Of a stretch of 64,000 nucleotides of DNA, positions 35,078 to 47,700 are shown in pieces. The DNA is from Stylophora pistillata (Eukaryota). How positions within the stretch are numbered: position 1 is the stretch's first letter; each line of letters starts with the position of its first letter. The DNA is taken from assembly GCF_002571385.2 (NCBI RefSeq), contig NW_019218491.1, positions 45,363 through 109,362 on the forward strand, written 5' to 3'. Both the position numbers and the translations under genes were made by a program. The notes under the pieces were generated by a model. The model made no database searches and had not been told where the DNA came from. It was given only the letters and a program-made list of their open reading frames with translations.

Positions 35078-35911
35078 CTAAGATTCAATGCCAAAACAAG
35101 TGCTGATGACAGAATAGTTGTAAATAATAATTATGCATATCAGTCATAATTGTGTTAAATTATTAATAATTTCCATCATTATTTATTGGCTAAGATACTA
35201 AGGTAATGAGTATTTGGGTTCTGTTAGCGATGTATTGATGAAAAATGTCATGTACAGATATTTTCTAATTTCCATTTGACTGGGGTGTAGTTATGAGTGG
35301 TTTTAAGTTTACATAAATGTGATAATAAAATCAATTGGGCTGATCAGATTCCCCTTGAGTGGAAACTTGATTGAATTCATATAAAAAAGTATCCTGAAGT
35401 AATTTTACAACATACAAATAAACATCACATTCTTGAATGTGCTCAAGCATAGCTGAGAAAAAAATAATTGAGATTTTATTAACATTTGTAGGGTTACCCT
35501 GTTTATAAGATAAGCAGGTACATAGTAAGTAAAAACACTAAAAGAAAACTTTACCTTAATTTTTTGGCAAGTGATAGAAATGTGACCACAAGTTTTAGAT
35601 GTGTGTTAATGTATTTGAAGCTGTTATAACTAACACAAAGTGAACATACAACTCGTTGAGCAGTTGGCTGATTTTGCCATTAAAAATGAAAGGCAGTCAA
35701 TTTACAATGTTACCATGTATTATTCTATAAGTATCTACTCACAATTTAAATATGCAATGTAAAGTAAAACTTTTGGACATAAAATCTAACTTTGTCTTGT
35801 CTTCAAGGCTTCTCTGTTCTCATAATGCTAAACCCAACATATGAATTAACACACTAGCTTTAACGAAATTAGCTCTTTTGTATTCATGTAATTTTTACCA
35901 AGTTTATGACA

Positions 35912-38900
35912 TCATATGGACACAGTAACTGGTTGTCTGAAGTTTAAGTTATTAATTCGTCGTTCAACATTTTGATTTATGATTGATTTCATTGGTGTAG
36001 ATTTTGGTCCTTGTGAAGGTCTGAAGATTTTTTTCTCTGTTCCATCATCACCTTTTGGTTTTTTCATCACATAAGGATCATTGGAGTGAGATGGGTAGCT
36101 GTCCAAGCAACCAGCTTTCATACCACCGATCTGTAAAAAAAGGAACAATATCAAAATATTGTTCAGGAAAGATTCTTGTTTTCCCTGCTTATACTTTCTA
36201 AGAGGAACTGTTGCTGCTTGTTCTTCTGAAAATCATAGTAATTTTGTCTCCATCCTGTATACTAAACTATACAAGAATTGGTAGACTGTCAGGCTAACAT
36301 TTTAACTTGAGAAAGATAGTGTCTTAATCTAGTCAGAAGAATTGGACACAGAGAAACATTTGAGTCCCATTGAGGAATCTGACCTTTTGAATTTAGCACT
36401 CCAATGCTCTTACCACCGAGCTACAGAGACTTTATAGTGAGCTAAGCCATCAGAAGGCTAGTCTCACTCACAAGTTAATTTGCCAAGTGCACCTCACTTC
36501 CTTACTTCCCAGGATGAGATCCATCAGTGACTTGAGTCAGTCTAAGATATTCCTAATTGATTAGCTCACTTTATTTACCTCCTTTGATGGAGAACTGGGT
36601 TTAAAAGGCTTCAATCCTTCTGGAGGTTTCCTTGACTCTTTCACTGGTGGAAGAGCTGAAATACACGGCACAACAAATTATGGATTTGATTAAGGGAAAA
36701 ATATAAAGTTTGGCAAAAATACCAGTTCACACACTCTTCATTAGTGCGCTTCACTTACAGGGATCACTTATTATTCTTGACAACTGGATTTTATCATTTG
36801 CTCTTTTGCTTTGTTTAAAATGGTTTTTAAGAAAACTTGATTCAAGAATGCTCCAATCAAAAGGCGATAAATATTTATCACTCACGTCTGTCTGATCTGT
36901 AGGGATTTCCATCAAAATAAGCCTTAGGATGAAGGTTGAGTTTGTATGGTCCTCCCTTTCTTGCCTTCATGCTTCCTTCCGTCTCTTTCTGCAAAAAGGT
37001 AATTCAATAGCATATCATTTGGAACATGCAATTAAGTGCTTATTTATGCAGAGGTTAGTACATGGTAGTAAATGCCACATCAACTTATATCTATCAGGAT
37101 TGTTGTTAAATGGAAGATTTGAAATTTTTATTGCGAGATAACTGAATGGAACCCATCATGATATTACTTCAGGACACCTTAGATGTCTCAAGACAGTTGA
37201 TAAAAAAGATCTCTAGCTTGCAAAGAGAAAGGATACTAATGAATTGCTGGGGCGGACGTGACAAAATGCTGGGAGGAGGGACCAGCCGGGCTTTGGGATT
37301 TTCAGTTTTGCGGTTTTGACTGTTTTTTTGGATCGGTTTTTGGGCCAAAAAGGTTTGGTTTTTCGGTTTTGATGTTCAGAGTGGTTTGCAGATTTTACAT
37401 GTTTTTGCATTTGGTTTTCGGTTTTCACAAAAACTCTGATGCGAATTTCAGTTTTTCCTTTTTGACCCCTTTAAAGGTGAAAGTGTAGCGGTTTTGTCAG
37501 GTTTACGTGCGGTTTTCAGTTTTGCTGCCTTTTTTCATCAGTTTTTTGGTTTTGGAGGTTTTTTTCTCTGGTTTTGTGGTTTCCCAGAGGCCCCTGAATG
37601 CCCCCCAATGTCCCCCTCTGGGGGTAACCAGCAAAGGAGACATTGTAATTGTCACACTGCATCTCTTTTTATCCACAGAAACTAGGAAAGCTCTATCTAC
37701 TTTGGGAGTTTAAATTTCTGAGAATGATTTAACAATAGACTTTGTAAAGTCATTTCTTTTTTGGGGCAATGTCCATTGTACAAGTCAACAGAAATCAGTG
37801 GACAAAAACATATGAATTGGTGCCACACTGAGAACTCTAAGGTCTGTGCAAGCTGTAAAAAATTCCTGAATAAGAGGGAATACACCTAGTTTAACTCAAC
37901 AATAAGGCCAGTTACCTTTCTCAGCTCTCTAGCACGTTCATAAGCATCAGACATGTACTTGGGTGGGTCACCAATTGTCACATTCAGGTATCCAAACCCT
38001 GTCCCCTTCTTGGGTGGGTTTGTTAAGAAGTTCTTTCTGGCTGATTCTGTTGGTTTCTTCCCCCTTGAAACAGGGCTAAAAGCTGTAATGGCTCCACTGA
38101 ATGTTCCATAATGATTTCCTGCTCCTGAACTGCACAAATTCAACAAAAAATGTACTTCAAATTAAATCCATGCATGAGATGTGATAGATGGGGAGAAGCA
38201 GAATACAATTAGGCATTAATGCATTGTTTATACATCTTAGAAAACCCAGGACAAGGTTTTCAAGGTTATCATTTGCAGTCTATTTTGACTAAACCCTTAA
38301 AATCTCAGATCTGACCCTCAATTTTCCCTTCCAGGAGCTATAAACATTTCCTTATAAATTGGTTAAGTGTTGTATTACAGAGAAACAGATGGCATCGCAC
38401 CATTTCAATACATTACGCAGAAAACAGGATATAAAAGAGTGTCATCAAGATAAACAACCTTATCATCATCATCATCATCATCATCATCATGTTTATTTGT
38501 TCAAGCAGGTTGAATTTATTGGCAACTGTATAAGCTGATGTGGACCTGNNNNNNNNNNNNNNNNNNNACCCCAAGGGAGGACATCCAGCACACAGTAATC
38601 TCGTGTGTGGGAAATTAACGTCTCTTACCCCTTACCCTTTAAGAGACGGGACCTCCGGCTTTACGTCCTATCTGAGAAGACGAAACAATGTGAGTGAAGT
38701 GTCTTGCTTAAGGACTCAACGTTAAGCCCCAGCCAGGACTTGAACCCGGGCCATTTAACCCAGAGTCCAGCGCACTGACCACTGGACTACTCACACCTTA
38801 TTTTCATGACACTCCTCACCCAATCATATTTTCAATTCTACAGACTGGTTTGCAACACAATGGATTGAAATTCTGAAGAGGATTAACATGTTTGTCACTT

Positions 38901-40312
38901 AAGTTATAAGTGTTTATAAAACAAGGTCTTCACATTACAGGCTTCACTTTTCTGGTGAACATTTAGCATCACTGTAGCAAAGCCACAAATCAACTTACGG
39001 CAATTTTTCTCCACTGCTTGGAACAAAAGCCTTTCCTATGTTACGCTTACTGCTCTTCAGCTTGTCCTGTCTTCGCCGCTTTACAGGATCCGCAAAGGCC
39101 TCCCCTTCCATTATTCTGTTGAATTTTTGATCAAAATATCCTGCCTGAAGGGCTGATCGTGATTTGCTCCCACCAGGGAGCATTTGTTTTCCTTTGCGAG
39201 CAGCCATATTGAAATCTACAGAAATTAAAGAAAAAGAAATAAAAATAAATAACTTTATTTAATTCTTAATCTTATAGCCAAGTGTAAAGCTTTTACTGCT
39301 GTAATCTGGGAGATAATAATAGCAAAAATATCACATAAAAAATAAAAATCACTCTAGGAGCTTGAAGGCTCTGCTTGCAGTAGCATGAAGTGAATAGAAA
39401 TACTTTTCTCATACCCTCCTCCCCCCCCCCCCCCTTGATAGGATCCAGACCCATTGCAGGGTTACCCCTTAATTTCCACTGCGAACATTCTATCAGGTTT
39501 CTTGGGCAGATTAGCCTTTTGGGCTCCATTGTTCCTGGGTTGAATAACTAGCCCTGGGTTAAATTGTAATCTGATTTCTTTTCTTTTTTTTCAAAGCATT
39601 TCTCAGATAATTTTATCAGATAATTTTCTCAATTCTTTTTGGAGCGCCCAATCATCAAATTGTAGACGGAGCGAATTAAACTGTATTTGCTCTTCAAACT
39701 TTCATTTATGAATTCCAATTTGAAACTTAACCCTGGGTTATCTTAATTCAGTTTTAATAACTCAACATAACTCAAACCTGGCCCTTTGATCCTTAGTTCC
39801 GTACTCTCACCACTAGTTAGTCAAGTTCCAAATAAGAATTATGCCGAATTATATTCAACCATGTGTTTGAACAAGCAAACTCGGTCAATATAGGATTCAG
39901 TACAATCAATCTTACGGTTGAAATGCCTTATGCATAAAACATGTTGTTGTTTTCCTTGTTTAACGATCGTCAAGACGGCTTAATGCTTTAAATAAAATTT
40001 CTGTAATTTTTTTAGCAGAATAAAGGCTTACAACACTCTACTGAACCTTCACCTTGGAACATGCACAAAAAGTATGTTAATTGATCGATTTAGGGTTTTC
40101 ATCTTTGTGTCGAATTCTTTGTTGAACGACTAATTTTCTTGGACTGTAGCTGCTTGGTCCAACCACTGAATTAAATTTTAAATTCAACCTAGGATATTGC
40201 TTTAAACCTTACCTGTGCTTTTCCTTTTAAAAGGATCACCAATCGAGATATAGCCGAGCTCGCTAAACAAGCCGACGCGATTCAAATCGTTTTTAGTATC
40301 CAACTTCGCCAT
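35912..40312 (-). CDS. CFAP96: Cilia- and flagella-associated protein 96 (C4orf47/UPF0602)
   Basis: Exons 40213-40312 (NDLNRVGLFSELGYISIGDPF), 38999-39215 (KQMLPGGSK, LQAGYFD), 37916-38129 (TNPPKKGTGFGY), 36886-36988 (KLNLHPKAYFDGNPY), 36579-36655 (FKPSSP), 35912-36130 (GGMKAGCLDSYPSHSNDPY). Confidence 0.93.
38549..38567. other. Assembly gap (N run)
   Basis: Run of N. Confidence 1.
38568..38792 (-). mobile_element. tRNA-derived SINE, inverted
   Basis: Minus-strand tRNA-like head at ~38725-38792; 3' body shared with the 4022 and 26690 SINEs. Confidence 0.65.
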
Positions 40313-40470
40313 TTTTTACCGAAAAATTGATGCTAAGCCTACAGCTTATAAAAGAAACGTTCTGGAAGAAGATTTGATCTAGATTTTGAAAGTCTTCAGA
40401 GCTGATGAGGTAAAAAGTTTTTTTAAACTTTGCTCCATCAACAAAGCGTGTGTTTTGCACGAAACCTTGC

Positions 40471-40484
40471 GTTGTCATAACAAC
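40471..40484. promoter_or_regulatory. RFX X-box in the 348-bp divergent CFAP96/RALBP1 promoter
   Basis: GTTGTCATAACAAC fits the X-box consensus RTHNYYWTRRNRAC, ~160 bp upstream of a ciliary gene ATG. Confidence 0.65.
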
Positions 40485-40660
40485 CAACTGCTTAGTAGCC
40501 ATCCTCACGTTTTTTCGTGGCGATCTGGAAGAAAGCTAGTTAAGTAATGGCGGATTAGTCTAACAATGGGAGATTTGCGTAAGTTGCCGTAGTTTCTTGC
40601 TAAGATTTAACCCTTTCCCTCTCGATTGTTGCCTTAAAGGATATATCAGCCATAGTATTG

Positions 40661-43600
40661 ATGGCTGAGCGTGAAGAAGATGTCTATGAGAGAAAGGAAA
40701 GCAAGAAAGATAAGGGGTATGTGGCATTTCGATCGGATGATGACAGCGTCGGCGAAGAAGAGGAAGAAGAATCCAGGTGAATGATTTTTAAATTTGTGGT
40801 TGTTGATCCCTCTTATTTTCTCACTCTTTCAGTTTTATAGGCCAGAGAAAATCTTTTATCAGAATCTCTAGAGCGATTTCAGTTTGTTTACATTTTAAGA
40901 ATGTATAAAAGAGTCAATATTTTGACCTCGCCGCTCCCTTCGTTCTAACATTTGAAACGAAAGTTTTCTTTTATAACTTGTAACTTTACCCTAGACTATT
41001 TTTGTCAATGTCCACTTAACCCAGTTAAAATCACACTATAGAGAGCATGATTTTAGATGAATTGTAAATGCTAATGGAGCATTTTTTTTTTCATTTTTGT
41101 TTTAAAACATTAAATGTGATAACGATCATTATGTCATGTATTTCAAAGGGATTCCGGCGAATGCAATCCCTAATTAATTCAGTGTGACACTCGAATCCGC
41201 TTCTCTGTCAAGCAGGAAGTAAAGCGGCAAAGGTATTGCTGATTAATTGAATGTACCCACGAAAACAAAGAAAAGGTGATCACTCATCGTTTCCATTCAT
41301 AAAATCGCAACACAATAGCTTTCCGAACAGGTGCAAGTGTGAACAAAGGTTGCTCGAACTCTTAGGTATCCTCTGGCCACTCCTAAACTAAGAGCAGATT
41401 ATATTAAGAAACCAAGCAAAATGCAAAAACACTCTTCCATTGGAATTTGTTTTCATGCTTTTAAAAAAAAATTATTGCCAAGCTGTATTGAATTCTAAAT
41501 TTGGCTTTATTCCCATGCACATGTACAGGTAAATAAAGATGGTAACAGTTCTAATTCAAAGAGCTGAATAGTAAATTTCTCCTCTCCAGCTGCTATGCAT
41601 TTAACTCTAAATGATTCAGGAGAATTTGTTATTTCATCTAGAAAACACCCTCTGGTTGACAAGGTTATCTATTCCCATAAACCATACATTTAGACCCTAG
41701 GGAGAAGTTTCTTTGTGATCACTTTCATGGGATAAAGCTGGCTTAAAGGAAATTCAATGCTAAACAGACCTGCTGTGTTGAAATATGTAAATGTATTCAT
41801 TTTGTGTTTCCTGTGACATGGAAAGAGACAAAACCTATTCATGCACAAAGGTTTGATTTTGTTGAGGGAGAAACTGACAATGATAAGGCAAACTTGTTTC
41901 ATCTTTACAAAGAGATTAAAAAACTCTTCAGAATTTGAAGGAGGATGTTATCAGCTCTCCTCAGTCAAAAGGTGAAGTACACTCAACTTTTAAGTATTTT
42001 CTTGAGGGTTTTTTATGCTTTGTGATGAATACTGTTTGAAAAATTGTCTTTGTTTCATGGTTTTTTTGTCCCCCTTTATGGTAATTTCCCAGACCTAAAG
42101 GCAAGAAAGTCAAGAGAGAGAAATCAAGGTCACTGGCTCTTCGTATAAAACCCAAAAAACAGAAGAAGGAGAAGGAGAATAAAGAAAAAGAAAAAGAAAA
42201 AGAAAAGAAGAAGAAGAAGAAATCAGAAACATGCTCACCTCCTCAGGCACCAAGTAAGCAAGGAACAAACTGTTTTCACAAAAAAGGGCAAAGAAGTTAT
42301 TGTGTTGTTTTAGCTATGTTTAAACCAGAATGCATCCAAATTCCTTGAAAGATCATGTACAATGCAAGAAACATCCAGGCATTCACATCTACATTCTAAA
42401 AAAAAGAAAACATCATGTGGAAAAGAAAATCTTTACACATGTGAGTCAGTTCTGTCCTCAGAGTCTTGATTTACTTGGACTGGTTCCATTCATCAATGAC
42501 TCTGACAGAATTTATGATTTGTTGTCCTACTAAACTCATTTGCCACTAGGACTTTAATATTTGTTTATTTATTTTTTTTTGCACTCGTTTTTTTTTTGTT
42601 TTTTTGTTTTGCTATCTGTAAACTTAAGAGAGAAATTTTGAGAAATCTGTATAACAATAGATCTATGAGTGTTGTACTGTATTCTTCCAGGGAAGGCTGT
42701 GTTCGGAGTTCCTTTAGAAGTTGCAGTCAAACAGTCCAGTCTTCCAGATGGAGTAGAGCTGCCTAGAGTATTCAGAGATGGGATCGTTTACATTGAAGAA
42801 AATTGTAAGATGGCGAGAGTCTACTAAATAGACTTTCAGAATAAACTTAATTACAAGCATTTGGTCCACATGTGAGGTGGTTATCTGTGGCAGGGCTTAT
42901 TGCCACAAATACTGCCAAAGGTTACCACATACAGTTTGTCATGAAATTTCATGTAATTTCAATGTATATTTTTTTAAAAGTTATGTTTGATCTTCAGGTC
43001 TAGAAATTGAAGGAATTTACAGAGTATCTGGGATGAAGTCTAAGGTAGACTCCTTAAAGGAATTGTATGACCAAGGTAGAGACACATTTCTTTGGCGATT
43101 TTGTGACAAGTGACCATTTGACCCTATAGATGTCATCTAATTACTCCTTACAATGTCACCCCAAATCAAACCAGTAATGAGAATTAAGGAAATGATCACC
43201 ATCTGAATAAGTCCTTGATTGTTAAACAAATTCTCCTTGTCAGCAGTTTAGGAAATGTGTAGAGATCAATGTATAGGGACCAGACCCCTCCATCTATCTA
43301 CTAGATTTGATACTTCTTACAAATTATTAAATAAATATTTATATTCATTTTAAGGAAAGTCAGTGGATCTCACAGAGTATGAAGCTGAAGCTGTGACCAG
43401 CCTGATTAAGCTGTACATCCGAGAATTACCTGAAAACATTCTCACCTCTGCATTGCTTCCAAAGTTCAATGAAATATCAGGTGAGAAAAATAAAAACATG
43501 CATTTTTACTGTGGATATAATTAATCTCAAACTGATAAAGGTACTCTTGAAGTAGCTATATCAGTTTTTTTCAGTCCCTTTTAACAGTGGTTATACTAAC

Positions 43601-44639
43601 CAAAAAAACAGTACAAAGCGGTTGTGGTCAGGTTTTTTTTAACTGACTCTTCCATTCTTTACTGAAACTGGATTTGATACTTGAAATAGTCTTTAAATAA
43701 GAACTTGGATTCAATTTGTGTACCATTGGATAATTATCAATTTTTTTTTAAACATTATTTATAGCGATACAAGAAAGAAAAGATCAACTGGAGAAGGCCA
43801 AACTTCTCTTAGATGAGTTACCAGCATGTAACAGAACATTATTGGCTTGGCTCTTTACTCATATGTCACATGTTATGGAAAAGGTTTGAGCATTTGATCC
43901 CTTTACACCCAAACATGGGTAATTTTCTTTTCTCTATATTGTTCTCTATGCATTTCTGAAGGTGCTGACACAGTCAAGAGCTTCTTTAGTTGATAATCAT
44001 TTCATTTATTCTCATGACCTTAATGTGTGATTCAGTGGTGATATTGTAATGAGAAATTAGATGCTAATCACTCCTAGGGGTCAATAAGTTAAACCTAGTC
44101 TAGTTAGTTCTGTTTTTTTTTTTTTAACCTTGTCACACTAAAGAAGCAGGGATGGTGCAAGGGGGAACAGGGATAGTGCAGGGGGGAACAGGGATGGTGC
44201 AGGGGGGAACAGGGATGGTGCAGGGGGAACAGGGATAGTGCAGGGGGCAACAGGGATGGTGCAGGAGGGAATAGGGATGGTGCAGGGGGGAACAGGGGTG
44301 GTGTAGGGGGGAACAGGGATGGTGCATGGGGGAACAGGGATGGTGCCGGGGGGAACAGGGATAGTGCAGGGTGGAACAGGGATGGTGCAGTGGTCAGAAC
44401 ACTTGCCTCCCTCCACTGTGGCCTGGGTTCGATTCTCAGACATGGCGTCACATGTGGGTTGAGTTTGTTGTTGTTGCTTGTTGGTTCTTGTTCTTGCTCT
44501 GTGGGTTTTTCTCTGGGTCCTCTGGTTTTCCTGCCTCTACAAAAACCAACATTCCAGATCCCAATTTGATCTGGAAACAGTGAACAAGAAGAGTTACCCA
44601 GTGGAATGTCCATTGCTAAATTTATTTAGTTATTTATTG

Positions 44640-44701
<62 letters not shown>

Positions 44702-47700
44702 AGAATACTGGCAAATTGAATTTCAATCACCCTTTACAGAAAACATGTCTTATGCATCTTAGTGAAAACCCTGCTCTTATTTACAGATCTTTATGATCTT
44801 TCATTTTCTAGTATTCGTCCAACAGAATGAATCTACAGAACATTGGCATAGTTCTCAGTCCAACAATGAACATAGGACATGGCATTCTGTTCATCTTCCT
44901 AAATTATGTCAGCGAACTCTTCCCTGATACAAAAATTACAAGGTGAGTATTGGTTCTTCTAGGAGGGGGGGTGGCCTTAGTTGGCAGCCTGTTGAAGAGC
45001 TATTGAAAGTGAGTCTAGTACAATAACTGGTGTTCCTGAAGGTATGTACCAGGAATGGGGGGAGGAGGAGAGGGAGAGAGGGGGGGAGGGGAGAGAAGGT
45101 AGGGAAAGAGGAGAGGGGAGAGAAGGTAGGGGGAAGAGGAGAGGGGGGAGGGAGAGAGGGGAGAGAAGGTAGGGGGAAGAGGAGAGGGGAGAGAAGGTAG
45201 GCAGAGAGGAGAGAGGGGAGGGGAGGTAGGGGGAAGAGAGGGGAGGTAGGTGGGTCAATTGAGGAAATACTTTACAGTGAGTGGCTGGACTGGTTGTTAG
45301 GTTGGTGCAGGTAAAGAAAGAGGGGGATTAGTTGAATAAAAACATCCACTTTGATTTTGGTTTTAAGACACTCAACTGCAAAGCAGTTTTTGTTTAAAGT
45401 TATAACATTTTATTTATGATGATAGGTACAATGAGTCACTCACCAAGACTGTCAGAAGGGATGAAGATGAGGAAGATTTACCCAGTAGTCCTGAGTAAGA
45501 AAATGAACTGCATTTTTTTTTCAATTTTACTTGAACCTGTTTGTAGCTCTCTGAGGAAAATCACCTAAGATGCTTGTACTACGTGTTACTATCAAATAAA
45601 ATGCAGCTCAACAAATGATTTTCCCTCCCATTCTAGGAGATTCTTATTCCCTCCTACTGAAATAAGTTATGAGAACAAGTGGTTTTATTTATGAATCAGA
45701 ATATGTTACTGGTAGTTCTAGAGATTCTGAAAAAAAATTTCCAAAAGATCAAATGGACCTCTACTGCCCAACATTTTGACACATTTCTCTGACAGTTTTA
45801 AGATGGAGACAGGCCCTTCAAGAGTAAATTGGCATTTCAAAGAAGAAATCAAAGTGACCCAGCCAAGTATTGGCAAAGAGGTTTTGAACCTTAGTCTAGT
45901 GCATCAACCCTGAGGTGCACATTGACCTATTGGCCACTACTTTTCTATCTGATTATTACACACTGCTGGTAACTATAGAATAAAAAATTGTGTATCTTTG
46001 TCGAAATTTCCACAGTGCAATAGCGTCAGCACTGGCCAAACAAGAGAAAGTTCTCTCTCAACTTCATGAACATCTCAACATGAAAACAACAGAAAATTTG
46101 CAGGTAATTAACCAATTACTTCAGTTTGTAATTGTCATAGGACTTGCACACGAGCCTCTAAGTGGCTCACGCCCATCCTACTTCCATAGCTTGAAGCACC
46201 CAAGAGTACTCCCGCTCCCCATCGGATGAGAAGCCATGCTCAGCCCATAAATTCCATTAATAGAAAAAACATGGTCCCTGATTCCAATTATTCTTGCTTT
46301 GGGTGTTGAAAAAGAAAAAAAGATTTTGGAACAATGCCAATTATTGTAAGTTACGTTATTAATTTTCTGATTGACTGTGTTGGATTGTTGTCTGTTTTTC
46401 AGTTTGCGGGTCAAGATGAAATGCTCTGGGAAGTCCAACGGAAGGTGACCCTTCTCAAGAGAAAGGTATATGAATGACTAAATTTTTAAGAGGTGCCAGG
46501 TAGTTCCTTTGACTGTAAGATTAGTGTCTTGGTTGTCTTTCACAAAATAGACAATCCCATTATTATTGTAGCAAAGGGTAAGTTCTGGTGTTTAAGGGTT
46601 TTTCTGTAATCTTTTTTTTTCAACATATTCATGATCATTCCTTGTCTACAAGACAAAACTTATTGTCTCTTTTTTCTTTCTCATTTTTTAGCTAAGGAAT
46701 GCCAAGAAGAAAATTTCTCAGACCATACAACCAGAGGAAATCCAGAAAACTCAAGTTGTTGTTGAGAAGGTGGAACATCCTGCTGAAAAACCAGCTGAAG
46801 ACAATGGTAATTTGGAAATTTTAGGTTATTTTACTCGGAAAGAACCATATATTGATTTGTCAAAATGTTTAAAATTTGTCATGTGCCAATTTGGATTTAC
46901 TTTTACCAAACTTTACCTCTCTCTCTTTTCTTTTTCTGTGTGTGTGTGTGTGTGAGCCTATACAGTGTCTGTTTAGGTAGCCCGCCTAGAATAGCTTTGC
47001 TAACTGCGGGCTACAAAAGCCTTTATTTCTTTCATTTTAAAAAAAAAAAATAAAGTCAATGTCAAAAAAAAAAAAAGTCAATGTCAGCCAAATTTTGCAT
47101 GTCTTCCATGTTTTTCACTTCAAGAAACTTACTGACAGTTTGAGGCATGTGATGTTGAAACTTCCTCCTGACAAGGGGTAGGGCAGTGCACCTCAAAGCC
47201 CCTACCCAACCCCACTTAAGCTTTCCTCTTGATTTTGCAAGGGTTGAGGGCACCCCAGACCCTCAACCAGCCTCTCCAGCTTTCCTCTTTATATGCAGGA
47301 TACAGTGCAACCCAAAGCAGCTCCCCTCACCACCCCCGACCACCCCCCCTGAGCTTTTGTCATGATTTCCCAGGTGAATCAAAGTGAGTTGTTTTTTTTT
47401 TCCCAGGGTTCATTGCTCTTTTAGAAGCCTCTGAAGCAGAACTGTTACTTGAGCAAGAAGTAAGGGGATGGTAAAATTTTAAGGTTTAATTCTTTTCAAT
47501 TTGCTGTTCCCCAATTTGAAATACTGATTGAATCATACGATGAAAATCAGTCTGAAAATGGCAGATGCTGCTTCATTAACTTTTACTATCAATTTCTCTA
47601 AGAACAGTTAACTTTTTTACTTTTTTGGCAGGAGTTGACCCTAATTGGAAATGAGTTAAGGAGACGGATTGAAAATGAGAAGAAAGAGATTGAAAGATTG

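Noticed and set aside
44104-45258. Pro/Cys/His-rich repetitive ORFs
   Set aside because: Translations of the minisatellite, SINE and polypurine tract inside RALBP1 introns.
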